The position numbers were made by a program, and so were the translations under genes. A stretch of DNA of 61,613 bases, counting the filler, from Streblomastix strix (lineage: Eukaryota): the NCBI GenBank assembly GCA_008636045.1. It is 4 parts of 4 records of this genome, joined end to end, with 100 filler letters (N's around TTAATTAATTAA, not from the genome) between each part and the next. Parts side by side here need not be neighbours in the genome. Positions count along the whole stretch, not along the records: positions 15,433 to 30,764 come from SNRW01001000.1; positions 30,865 to 46,193 come from SNRW01001001.1; 2 more parts are not named here. One strand, written 5' to 3'. Positions within the stretch are counted from its first letter, which is position 1. Every line of letters starts with the position of its first letter. Below the pieces are notes generated by a model. The model did no database searches and was not told where the DNA came from. It worked only from the letters and a program-made list of their open reading frames with translations. Shown here piece by piece: positions 26,801 to 40,400 of the stretch.

Positions 26801-29800
26801 GATTCCACTGTATTCACTGCTCTTCATACCATTTCACATTACTTAACTGGAGATAAAGAAACGAATTAAAATTCAAATATCGGGTAATGGAAAAAAGTAG
26901 GAGATGATGTTCATATCGATAATTAATAACATGAAGGCGGTGTTCCAACTGATAATCCGAACTAACCGATATACATGTTGAACCCAAAATAGATGAACGT
27001 TGATGTATGGTCGTATATTATGGGCGATTTCAAAGAGAGCGAATAGGCACGTGAGAATATAATACAGCAGCATAATCATTGGATAAAAGTGCAGAAGATT
27101 AGAGAAATTCAGTAATAATAATAACAACAGCAAAGTTAATAACCAAATAAAGATACTGATAAACCAACAGATGAAGAATACCCACCAGTTCCGCTTGATG
27201 TCCTCGAAACACTCCGCAACGAGTTCATGTACTGGTACCCAGTTGATTCATGCGTAGTTGGTACTGATCTAGTTGGCATATATACCGTTCACAATATATT
27301 TGCACATTCGCTACTCTTTCCCAGCGAACATTGGCCAAAGGGACTTCGCGCGCTTCCAAGGATTGTCTGGGATGACAACGAGAGGTAATAAAAAAGCATT
27401 AAATTGCAGAATTCTGAGTATTTGTAAACTTTGGGCAACAAAAGTGGTCTTTTCCAGTCGCCTTTGGCTTCATAATTCCCATCATCAACTAGTATAGCAG
27501 AAACTAACAATTAGAATTCACAGTACTTAGATGCGCGCGATCAGTTGTAGTATTCATCCACAAATTCTGTGTTCGTGGAGTAACAGAACACTGCACAAGT
27601 ACCCTAATTTGTATAGATATAGAATCAACAAGGTACCAGTGCTGTTTTTCCAATGTCTGATTCGCAAACTAAAAATTTATAAACAAATTCGGATACTTTT
27701 ATTAAGTCTCAGACTTCGATTTCGTCTGCAACTACTGCTATTACATAGGGATCTCCAATATAAACAACGCAATTCTCATCTCCAGTAGTTTAACTTCCAA
27801 ATTTATCACAGAATTAGATACAGTAATTAGACTTGAAATAAATGTCTTTTGTTATCAATTAATCTGATTCACAGTTTTCATCCACATAATCACTGGTTCT
27901 CCCATAGAAGACTTTCCTATAAGGCTTAATAAATGAATATACAGCAGATAGTATCCGAATTGCGATGCTCAGAAGCAGATTCATTGGTGGCAAATTAAAA
28001 AACGTCGAAGGAAAGTTATCATTCCAGAAAGAACTTGCAGATCATGCTGTTGATATATTATATCGAGAGCTTTAATGGATCGAGAACACTTTTCGAGTTA
28101 AAAAAAGAGTAACTAATGTTATTCCTGTTGAAAGGATGATGCTTGATACTCCTGATAAACCTACTTTGAAGAGAAGGAGCGTATTTTAATCTGCTTTTAA
28201 TGATAGAGTAAGCGTTCCTGGAATACCTAATGTTCTCGATTCACAGAATATTTTTGCTACTTTGGGAATTTAAGCTAAATAATAGAGCTAAAGCGGATTG
28301 AATATATAATAATAAATTCAGTAAGGTAGTCCAGGTAAAAAATCATATATTGATGGGAACAACTTGAAAATCATTGACGAAAATGCAAAGTCAACTACTT
28401 CATTAGATAAACAAATCCCATAATAATTAGATTCAGAGAAGAATGAATAATAATAGTAATAATAATAATAGTAATAATAGTAATAATAATAATAAGGAGA
28501 ATAAAAGTTAAGTCGAAGATAAAGAAAAGAACTTGAAAGGAGGAACCACAGGATAAATAAAGCTCTGAGGATGAGTAAAGAAGTTCTTAATAAATATGAA
28601 GAGATCGATGAAAAATAAGAGAAATCGGATTTAAAAGGAAACGATGAATAATAAAATAATAAGAAAAGTGACATTCAAAATAAAGAATTCGAGTTTTTCT
28701 AACCTCCTTCAAGACAAGTGAGTCAAGATGCGATGGCACTAATTGATAAGGAGAAGAAAAAGAAAACAAAAAAACCAAAATAAGTCAAAAACAAAGATAT
28801 ATCAAAACTCCATACTGAGAATTCTCTATAAGCAATTAAACAAGGGCTTCAATAGGATTATTTCCCAATGGGCGCTGATAATGACTTTGACATGAACGAT
28901 TCGTAAGAGGTGAACATCAACAGCGAAATAAACGATAAGCAGAAAATTGATGCGGATCTGTCGATGTCTGAAGCAGATAGCAGCACAAGTGAGATTAGCA
29001 GTGAACAGAGTTAAGGAGAATAATAATAAGAATAAGAATAATTAGATTAAAACAAAGATAAAGTTTAAATAAAGGATTAAGATTAGAATTAAGATTAGAA
29101 TATGATACAAATTCCAAGTTCAGATTGGGAAGTGATGGGAATTGATTCTGAACAGATTCCAGGATAATTGGATATGAGTAATCTGATGCCAATAAATCCA
29201 GATTCACTGAAAATTTAATCTGGAGATGAATTAAATAAAGAAAAAGATGACAAAATTGAATAAATGAGGAAAAAGCTTGGAAATGAGAATTAGAAAGTTG
29301 GAAAAGGTGAAGGAAGACGTGTTAGTTACGATTAATTGGAAGATATAAGCGAGAAATTGAATTCTTTAGTGAAAGAAAAAGATTAAGAAAGAGAAAATGG
29401 AAAAATAGATAAAATTAATCCTAATTAAATTTACAAATAGACTCAATAAGACCAATCTGATGATCAGTTTCTTATTTTATCTCCAAAATTAGACCAATTC
29501 GAATCATAACATCTTCTCGGTGATATTCCCATTGCGATGCCAACACGCGAATCCAGGAATAATCTGGAGAGACTCGATGATAAAAAACAACAGAAAAAAT
29601 CCAAAGATAAAACCAGAGACAAATAAACCAATAAAGAGAAAAGAAAAAAGAACAAAGAAACTCAGTAAAAGAATTCATCATCAAAATTAATATCACCAAT
29701 AAATTCTGGAGAGCGAATCAGCAACAGTTCAGGAAGTCCAGATTAGAAAAGTGGCTCATAATTCAGCACCCCAAAAAAAGATAGGAAAAAAGGAAGATCA

Positions 29801-30764
29801 AATCTCATGTTTGAAAAGCACCCACAGAGTATTCAATCCCAAGGATAAGAATAATTCAAAAAGAAATCACGGTCTTTCAATTACAAGTTCAACAACTAAG
29901 GTAACAGCAGCGCGCTTTTGAGAGATGCGAAAAACTATGAAAGTTAAGATTTGCTTTTAGGAACACAAGGGTATTTGAATAAAAACAGTTCAATAGAATC
30001 TTTCAATTCATCGCATTCGTAATTTGACAACCAGTTCGCTAACGAGTTTATTGGAACAGATGAAGATTATATCCGTGTTAGAAAGGGGAAATTTGAGAAG
30101 AAGAGAATAATTGATTCAGTTCCATCAATGGGAAGCCTTAGTGGTTAACTATAGAACGAATAAGATCCAAACTGGAAATCAACAGACTCAAATATTGGAT
30201 AGAATACTGCATTTAATATTAACTCAAATATTTCCTCAAACATTGGATCAAGCTAAATATCGAGTTCAATTGAGTTTGATAGCGACGATGATGATGATTA
30301 TATTCAATGTGACACTTTCAGCGACACAGTTTTCCGAAATCAGATCAACAAAGCTGTTGTTGAAGTTGAGTGGTGCTATGAGAACAAGGAGGAGTACAAA
30401 GTGATTGAAATCCTGTGCAAACACTTAAGATAAGAGAGGAAGGTGTATTTGGAGAGAGTTTCATGCAGAATTCCGAAGCTTATCCCAGAAACTGAGAAAT
30501 TGAGAAACAAATCGCCCGGATTTGGCTTAAAAAGCCCCAGAAACTCAAAATTCCTGACTCCGATGCAATCCATGAGGAACTTCCACAAATCCAGAGCTAA
30601 CAAACTCCTTCTAAAAAGATACGTTTATGTCTTCACTCTCTTAATATCGCCAATCTGCCCACATTGGAGTGAACACGTGTATAACAACATATTATAAAGG
30701 AAAGGATCAGTTCGTGGTATCTCAAAGGAAGAAAACGAAGAAGAATATGGGGTCCAATAAGTTC
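23880..30764 (+). CDS. Highly divergent cytosolic-type leucyl-tRNA synthetase paralogue with degenerate catalytic motifs, >2,270 aa, 3'-truncated by the contig end
   Basis: Exon 1 is 23880-24152, followed by a 53-bp intron, then exon 2 from 24206 with no in-frame TGA. LeuRS blocks occur in order: IFEVDA, LGARVDWRR, QPCLEQDR, TRRPE, ICTERAARN, DEKGTG, YYEP..TRFGEECVV, DPLTDST, EFMYWYPVD..VGTDL, HWPKG, YTADSIRIAM, FSDTVFRNQIN, LLISPICPHWSEHVY. Confidence 0.88.
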
Positions 30765-30864
30765 NNNNNNNNNNNNNNNNNNNNNNNNNNNNNNNNNNNN
30801 NNNNNNNNTTAATTAATTAANNNNNNNNNNNNNNNNNNNNNNNNNNNNNNNNNNNNNNNNNNNN
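30765..30864. other. Artificial contig spacer
   Basis: N44-TTAATTAATTAA-N44. Confidence 0.95.
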
Positions 30865-31616
30865 TCATAAGAAGGATGTTGTACGCTCTTCTATTATGGT
30901 TGAGAAGAACAAACCTGATTATGCTGTGGTTCTCGCATTTGATGTTCGAGTAGAAGAAGAGGCACAGAAGTTCGCTGATGAAACAAAGGTGACTATTTTC
31001 CGTGCAGATATAATATATCATCTTACAAAGCTTTATTCTGAGTTTATGGCTGGTCTGCGTGAGTAACGAAAGAAGGAAGCATTGAAAAAGATTATTTATC
31101 CAGCAAAGCTCCAATACATTGAGAAAATCCATGAATCCAAACCTATTATTATAGGAGTGCGTATTCTTGATGGAACACTTCATCGCAACGATCCAATAGT
31201 TTCAGTTGGTCCATTTATTTAACCAACCACTTCTTCAGCATAAGCAAAATAAGCTGCAGAAGAAAAACCAAAAGCTGCCCCAATTATTGACATGGGACTA
31301 GTGAAGAGCATCCAATTAGACAAGAAAAGTATCGAGTAAGCCCAGAGAGGTGCTGATGTTGCTATTGAAATTGATGAAAGCCACGTTTCATAATGGAAAT
31401 TAGGCAATGAAATAAAGATGAATGATGAAATATTAACAAAGGTATTTGGAAAGTAATTTTCTTAATTATATTATAAATATTTATTTTATTTATATCTATT
31501 CTACACAGATTAACAGAGAGAGCATCGACATAATGAAGTAGTATATGCGTGACAGTTTAACACCCGAAGACTGGAAGCTGGTGAAGTATTTGAAAGACCG
31601 ACTCAAATTTATATGA
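30865..31616 (+). CDS. EIF5B: Translation initiation factor eIF5B, C-terminal part (5'-truncated)
   Basis: HKKDV...YAVVLAFDVRV...IFRADIIYHL...PIIIGVRILDGTL...GADVAIEI, then intron 31442-31508, then INRESIDIMK..RD....DWKLVKYLK and TGA at 31614-31616. Confidence 0.92.
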
Positions 31617-31954
31617 TATTTAAGAGGGTCGTAATAATAAAAATTTCCTTAATAATATAATAATACCTTATTAGTGCGAAAAAATACTAAAAAATAGCCA
31701 CGCTGCTCTTTCAATTATTTAAGATATTTCTACCATTAAATTAAATTTATTCGCATTTAATATATAAAAATTTTATACAAAACACATTATTTAAAGCCTT
31801 GCTTGTCCTTAACGAACGTTTTTAAATAAATAATCAATAAAAACGCTTTAATTTATTCCATATTAAATTTTTAAATAACAATTACCATTTGTTATATTTA
31901 GTCAATTTTATTATTTATATTTGCATACATTTTTTTCGTACAACAGAAGCACAT

Positions 31955-34405
31955 ATGACGAATTAAGATAATCCATAGAAAAGCTCGTCAATGCTGCCAA
32001 TACCTTTGGTTTAAGTAGCCGTAAACATTGGAGACGAAGCCGTAACTCATCATGTATTTTAATCAAACTAACCACATGTTTCATTCAACACGCCGAATTC
32101 ACAACAAAATACGCATCATTTTTACGAATTTGCCTAGCTGCCAATGGATCATACATCACCGCTTATTCCACCTCAAAAGCAAGATGAATTTCATCGGCAA
32201 TTGTAATACGAATGACTTTAATAATTACGAGAATTTGAAAATGCAAAATAATTATTTGAATAGATTAAAGCACAGCGAGAAATGATTTAACAACAATAAC
32301 TTCCAAACGCAGGAACTCCAGTTCAAACTCCTGAATAACGATCTTATTTTACATCTCCGAAACCTTATTAATAACATCCAGAATAAATAACATAATATCA
32401 AATATAAACTCCAGGCGTACCAATGTAACTTTCTTAACTATCAATTAGTGAAACCAGAAGACCATTGGAAGAAAAAAGAGGTTTTCTCAATTAAATTTCA
32501 ACTCTAAGGCGTGATTCTTCATATAGTTAAAATGAATCATCTCGATCTAGGAACTCTCTTACCTTCAATAAATAAGTATCTATGAATCATGCTGATGATC
32601 AGAACACAAAATTTGTATTGACTGTTTCAGATGATATGTCCAAATAAGAAATGCTGGAGAACATTCAGAAGTAATTGAATGAAATATCTAACTAGAATAT
32701 TATTATTAATAAATTATAAGAATCATAAATATCAAACAATATGAACAGATCATATAATGAAGTAATAAAATAATAAAAAGAAATTTCTCAACAAAAATAA
32801 TAAGAAGCATAAATTCCTTTAGATAAGAACAGATCATTTTTTGACAATTCCTTTTAGTAATATTCTTCTATTCAACCATCTTTGTCTCAATAATAATAAA
32901 TTTAATATCCAGAGAATGTGGGGATTCCAGCTCCAACTCATTCTCCAATAGTAAAACAAACGAATAATATATAGTCGAATAATAGATATAATGAAATAGA
33001 TTCAAAATAAAGTACAGTAATTAGAAAAGAGGATTTGAAAACGAATATTGAAGAAAAAGAAAAGAATACAAAAAGTGAAATAATTGATCCAATTTATTAT
33101 TCTTCACCAGATCTACCAATAATAAACAAAAATAATTCGTATTTGCAAGATAATTCAAAAGAGAAAGATAAAAATATTGATGAAGTTAAATAGTATAAGA
33201 AAGAAAAAGGAATTGATGCAGAAACACAAGTATCTTCAAGGGTCATGAATAAGAATATAGATCTTCATTATAATACTGTCTTTGAAAGAACAGCATCGTC
33301 AAATAATGCCCTTCATCTTCCTCTTACTGATAATACAAAACATGACGATTTTAGTGGCACTCATGCACCTGGGTTTCTTACCTAAGATATTGTACCACCT
33401 TCAATGCGAAGTAATGCATCTGATTAAGTCACTTTGAGATCTCATCCAAATCAATAAACTTCTTAATTATATCCTTCTACCTCTAATGTTTATTAGGCTC
33501 AAGAAGTCTCTCAATCTCGGCACAAACGTCCACATCAATAAAGAAACACATCCACTCATCATTCTCCTAAACACAGTCATTAAACTCCAAAACATAAACA
33601 TCATCGCACACGTCACCATTCTCCTCATAACACTGCGAATAATTAACTCAATAATTCAACTCTTCATTCTACTGATTCTTCATCTTCTAATGTTTATGCT
33701 CGTGAATAATAGATATTGTCAGATAGAGAGAGATATCAAATCAAATTGGAACGTACTTTTGGTGAGTATACTTTCCCTCCTTAAAGTGATAAGGATATTT
33801 TAAATACAATAACAAGCATAATGTCAAATGGGAAAGGAAGAATGGATATAATTGTTGAAGAGTAAATTATTGAAGATGGAGTTGATTTGAAACAATTATC
33901 AGATTTAGGAATTATTAATAACAGTAGTTCAGATGATGAGTATGGTACAAAATTGGATAATTAATGGAAATCATCGGAGAAAGACTTGAATCAAAGTGAT
34001 CTTCTATTGCAATTTAAGGAAACTTTTAAACCAAACTAGTTTAATGTTCACAGAGATGTAAGAGTATATCAATAAGGTCATATGTCACCAAATCACCAGC
34101 AAATCTTGTATGATTCAAAAGGAAGACAAGTTCCTACTGGATTTAAGTTTCAGACTGATGACAGAGAAATATCCACATCGTAATCACCAGAGAGAAGACA
34201 TAACAACCATCATTCTCCTTCGAATAATAAAACTTAGACCATTAAAAATAGAACTCCAGATGCGAGTAATTCTTTAAGAAGTGATGGAAACTAATCAATC
34301 AATAGAATTTCACCTTAGAGATTAAATTATACTCCGTAGTATAATAGCAGTCCTCCAAAAAATAAATATTATCAAAAGAACGAAACAGACAATGAAAAGA
34401 AATGA
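31955..34405 (+). CDS. Hypothetical S/Q/N/H-rich, probably disordered protein (~816 aa)
   Basis: ATG at 31955 and TGA at 34403-34405 are in the same frame. Composition is coding-like with TAR=Gln. No domain recognised. Confidence 0.65.
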
Positions 34406-34499
34406 GGACTAATTTTATTACCTTGTTAATAGTTATGTTTATTTATTTATTAAAAAATTATTTTTCTGTAAATAAAACAAATATATTATAAAATAAACT

Positions 34500-37400
34500 T
34501 CATTGACCTTCACACATTTTCAATTTTACACGTACAGCAGCGAGATTTGCTAAAAGTAATTGTTTTGCTTGGATTGATTCTTTTGTAGGTTCATCATCAT
34601 CAATATCATCATCATCATCTATATTTCTGGCAGTTCGAAGCCATTTAGATTTTGGCAATCTCTCAATTCTCTATCTCTCCATCTCTTCACCAACAATCCT
34701 AAACTCAATGAGATTTAATATGGCTGATCTCAGAGATGGTTTAATTGACTTTATAATCAACCACTGTATTGAGAGCGCACGTTCAAGAATTATACATAAA
34801 GCACTTTCTGTATCATTCAACACTGATCTTCTTTCCTTGTTTTTCCTTTTCATTCTGTTTATATTCGCAGTGTTCTATCTTGCTTCATCTGATGCATTCC
34901 CTCGCTTTGACTCTTTTTCAATCTCTTTCTACCTTTATTCTCTTTAATATCTTTCTTCATCAAAACTGGTTGGTGAGAGTGGAGGCGCTCTTTCTAAAGC
35001 AAAAACATCCTAATTTTAGAGAGCTGAAAATGTGAATACTTTTGGCATTTTGTATACAAAACATCTTCTGAGTGATCTAAACAGAATAGTTTAAAACCAC
35101 TGAGTGCAACATTCTTTTATGAAAGAATCAGATTGCACTATGCTTGTTGGGGTGATTATTTATGCATTCCGCATCATGAGGATTAGCAGTGAATATGCAG
35201 TCTTTTAAACAACTTGAATGTTTCTTCTTAGTAAAAGAGGAGCTAACTGTGATAAGCCGTAGTTGGCATAGAACTCAACATCTACTCTGGCAGAAGGAAA
35301 GCCAAGATTGATGCAAGCTGATAATATTTCTAATATATTACATATACAATCATCTTTCTCCTACTCCAACTATATCTATCCAATAGTAATTGCTCTATCA
35401 GTTTTTCTTTATTTTTCACTTTCCTATTCTTTTTCTAAATCTATTTTCTCTTTATCTATTTCTTTATCATTCACAATAATTCTTTCTGTGTATCCACCTC
35501 TTTTCTCAATTTGTGGTATTTAAACAGATTCAATTTATTATTTCAATTATTTAGAAGGTGTTTAAATTGATGAAATTAACCTAAGAAGACAAAGCGATGA
35601 TAATAAAGAAAGTAACCAATGTGGAATATTTGAATCTTTATCTATTTCTTTATTTTCTTAATTATTGTTAATGGCATTATCTTTATTTTATATTTGTGAA
35701 TATTTTTATGGTGTTTTACTCTTAAATTATTATTACTATTTTGAAGGAGAATGAGAAAGGTTCTTAAATGATTTTTTCTTTAATTATTGTTTTAGCAATT
35801 TCTTTTCTTTTTTCTATTATAAGATTTTCTTATCTTCTAATTTCTTTAACTATTTCTTCTTTTTTTCTTCTTTTTTCTTGTCTTCATCTAAATAATCATC
35901 ATAATCTGGTCTATCTCTCTGACAAATGAAATAAAGAAGATCAACTATTTCCTATCCAAATTCAAAATTGATTTATTAGGTTTCATTATCAATTAAAAAA
36001 GATGGAATATATTTATTTTCATATTAGTTATTTTCTTACTAATTCAATTTTTATTCCGATTCTTTTTTGAAATTTTCATTTCCAAGCAATGCCAACAACA
36101 ATTTCAAAAACGTAAGTTGTGAATTTAAATCACAAAATATCAAAGAGGGTAAGAAAGGATGAATGTTCTTTATAGTATTTTATAAATCATTTAAATTAAT
36201 TCCATCTTCTCCCTATGCTAATGCGCCTACTAATGGCAATATTGTTTGTATTGAGGATATTTATGTTATATTCGGTTCAGGGAGAGTTGGTATGGGTTAA
36301 GTGAAGAATTATTTCCTTTTCTTTGTTTCTTCTTATTAATTTTAAACGATTGAAGATTGAAATGGTTATTTGTAGCTATTTAGATATGATAAATGTTATT
36401 GAATACTCGAATAAATAAAGTCAGTTTGAATTTTTGATTCATCATTTTATTCTTATTTTTATTCGGGTTTATTTTCATTTCTTTCTGTTGAATTATTTGC
36501 TTCTTTTTATTCCTATTTAATATTATTTTGTTTTTATTATTTAGTAGTATGCGAATGGTGTCTATCAGATTTATGTTGAGTATGAGAAGAATCAGAAGAA
36601 GAATTAGAAGAAGAATCAGAAGTTGTAGAGTCGGATGAATAATTAGATTGAGAATGTCGAGATGGATGAATTTAACGATGACTATTCAAACTTTTATATT
36701 TTTTAGCTACTTTTTTATTTTTATTATTATCATCATTATCTTAATCACCTCTCTAACTTCGTGACGAATAGCGAATGTTATTATTCTTAAGAGATTTTGC
36801 ATATGATGAACTTCTTTGACTTCTCTAAGTATCCACATCTTTATTATCTTTCCCTTTCTTTTCATTTCTATCTGTCAATTATTCCTTCTTATTTTTTGAT
36901 TAAATATCATATTTCATTGATCTTTCAGTTTAATTATTGGATTAAGCAATTGAATTTCTTTCTGATTATATTGATGCATTAGATCTCTTCGTTTTTGTAT
37001 CTGTTTTTCTGTCCGTAAGTTTATCTGAGCTTCTTTAGGTATATTTCCATTCTCCTATTTCTGATTATTTTATTGTCTCTCTTTATGTTTAAAAGTCATT
37101 CATTTATAGTGATAAATGCGTTTGTGGGGTTAGTATATCTGGAATTGATATTTAACTAATTTAATCATTCATATTCGTGTTAATAACCAAATTTTATTAG
37201 TTTTTAATATTTTTTTCATCTATTCTCAAATTCTAATTTTAACTACTACTACGAGATGAAATTTATTTTTCTTATTTTTTATCTTTATTCATTTCTTTGA
37301 TTGTTTCTTACTCTTTCTTACTCATATCCTCATCTTTTTAATTTAAATTTATTTCAACAATCTTTTTTTCATTCATTTTTTACATTTCAGCCAATTTCTC

Positions 37401-40400
37401 TTTAATCTTTCTTTGCATTTTTGTATCCATCTACATTCCCCTAGTTTTGAATTATTCATTCATTTTCTGTGTTATTAGTGAAGTCTCGTATGTTTCTGTA
37501 TGTTCCTATTCTTTCTAAACTTTCGATTCTTCTTCATCTTTGTCTTAATCTTCGTCTTATTCATCATCTTCATCTTCTTTGTATCTTTATTGTTTTATAT
37601 CAGGTTTATTTTATTTAATGTTCACATCTTTAATTTAATATCCATTTTTATCTTTCAAAATTTCTTTTTTTCTTAAAATACTCTGAATTTCTTTAACCTT
37701 TTCTTGTACATTAACTTAATCATTTTCCTTTTTATTATTCAGTATTTCTTAATATATTTAATTCCTTTAATTTTCTTCCTCCTCTTAATTATCCTCTTCT
37801 TCATTTTCATCATCATTTTCATCTTATTCTTCTCCTTATTTTTCTTCTTCTTTCTCATTCTCTTCTATGTCGACCATATTTTCCTTATTTTTATTATTAA
37901 CTTTTAATTCTAATATGTCGTTGAGTACAGGTTGTATTAATTTATATTCTATAAAATAATGATTTATTAATTAAAAATAATTAAATAAATAATTTGCAAA
38001 CGTTTAATTTTTTCTACTTTTTTCTCATTTTCAGAATTTTCATTTCCTTTTGCAATTCCTTTTCTTCCTCTTTATAATATTCCTCTTCTTATTTTGGTTT
38101 ACTCTATATTTTTCTAGTTTCAATTTACACTCTTTTTATTTTCTATTTTATTGTTCATTTCGTTCTCATCTTTTTTTTAAAATAATATTTCATTAATTTT
38201 TCTATTTTTATTACTTTTTGAATCTTTTGATGATTTATTCCTTCTTTTCAATGTTTTATGATTATTGCTTTTGCTCTTAATGTTTGAATTATCTTAAATT
38301 TCTTTCTATATATCTTCATCATCATCGTCATCTTCTTCCTCTTTATTGTATCTACTAAATATTGGTGAAGATGGTCTTTCTTAATTAATATCATTATTAT
38401 CTAAGTTCAATTCTTCTTAATCTATTTCCTTCTAATTCAAATATTCAATTAGCTTCCCTCTTAAAATATCTTTTTCTTTATCCGTTTCTATCTCTATTTA
38501 TTTATCTTTCTTTGTTTCACCATTTTTTTATTTAATTTTATCCTTTGATAATTTTTTAACAATCTTTCCCTTCTTTTTCTTTCTTTTATTTAAAATTTTA
38601 GACATTCCAACGTTTTATTTACTAATTTCCTTGTCAATAAGCCATTCAACCGTTTTCTTTGTTTATTTGGAAGTTTATTAATCTATATCATTTTATTATT
38701 ATTAATCCATTTCTTTATTATTTTCTTGTTCTTCTTCATCCTCTCAGACAATTTATTTATCTTCAACTTATTATTCTTCATTCAAGTCTTCTCTTTATTA
38801 ATTGTTTATTATATTTTTATATTTTTAATTTTCAATTTTTTCTTATTTGACATCATTTTTTTATTCTTTTATTCTCTCAATTTCCTATTATTATTCATTC
38901 TCCTTTTCACTTTATTCCTTTTCTTATTCATCATCACTATCAGAACTATATTCTAATTCATCTCCTTCTTCTTCATCATTAATATCATTATCATCTTTCC
39001 TTTCATTTTCTTTCCTATTATCAATATTTGATGTTTCACTCTTCTTTAATGATCCTCCTTTCTTCTTTTTCTTTTTCAGTTTTCCTCTGCGTTTCCTTCC
39101 TGTGAAATAACTGTCATCTTCATTTTCTTATTCATTTCTGTTTAATTTGTTGTTTAATTTTTCTTTCTTTTCTTTTTCCAACAAATCCCATTTAACATTC
39201 TGGCTCTTCGTTGATGAACTATTCTTCTTTTATTTCTATTCTTCATCTTCAATTTCATTTCTTAATTCTTCTTTTATTTTATTCTTTTATTTATCCTTTT
39301 CTATTTATTTGTCTTCTTTCTTACTTTATTCATTTTAATCATCTTTTCCTTTCTTCATTTTTTCTTTCTGACTTCTAAGTGTATTATTTATAATCACATC
39401 CTTTTTTAATGATTATGATGATGAAGAATGAGTGGATGATGATGATGATAATCTTTCTTTTATTTTCTATTAATCTTGTTTCAATGGAGAAGGAGAGAGA
39501 GATCTATTTGATTAATTATTGATTTGCTAATTCTATGATCTTACAGTTTATGAAATGATATTGGTTTATTATTATTATTATTATTATTATTAAGATCTTT
39601 ACGTATGAATTGTGGTATTTGGTTAATTATCCACCGAATCTTATTATTATTCTTATTCTACTTATTTAATTATATTTTCATTTCCTTCTTCATCTTAAAT
39701 TCTCTAATCATTTGTTTCCTATTTAATATTTTGTTCTTCATTCAATTTCTTAACATAATGTGAAGGAGTTCTTGAAGGGACAAAATTCTTAATAACATAT
39801 GTATGCATTTATTAAGTTAGTTCCTATGCTTGCTATTTTAAATTATTGTATGAAGTGATATTGGATTATTTTTATAATTAAGATTATTATGGATATTAAT
39901 GTGCATTATTATATTCTGAGAATTGTGATGAATGTGATTGTACAGGAGATTAATGTTATTAATATTGAAATTATTTTTATTTATTTATTTAATTCTATCT
40001 TGATTGTAATAACAATCCAGGAGATGGAGTTCTAAGAGGTGATTCACTATTTTTATTTCTATTTCTATTTGTAATAATATTCACATTTGCATTTCCAATT
40101 AAATTAGTTTATCCGCTGTCATTCACATTTCTATATGTTTATTTATTTCTAATTGTTTCTCTACTCGGACTCATCTTTCTTTAAATTAAAATTGATGAAT
40201 GATCATTTCCTGAATTTATTTCATTATTATATTATTACACTTAAATAGACTCAATTTATTAAGTATTATTTGATTGAATATGTCTAGGAGATGGAGAAGG
40301 TGAAATTGAAGGATGCGGATTTAATGGATTTAATGATAAAGGTGATTAATTGGATGAACGCGGAGATGGATGAATTTATTAATTGTTTATTACATTTGTT

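Noticed and set aside
23880..30764. Calling this the normal housekeeping LeuRS, or a pseudogene
   Set aside because: HIGH, KMSKS and the editing Asp are not recognisable, which argues against a normal enzyme. The absence of any TGA or frameshift over >6.5 kb argues against a pseudogene.
23880..31616. Apparent translation-gene cluster (LeuRS-like next to eIF5B)
   Set aside because: The two genes lie on different contigs separated by an artificial spacer, so adjacency carries no information.
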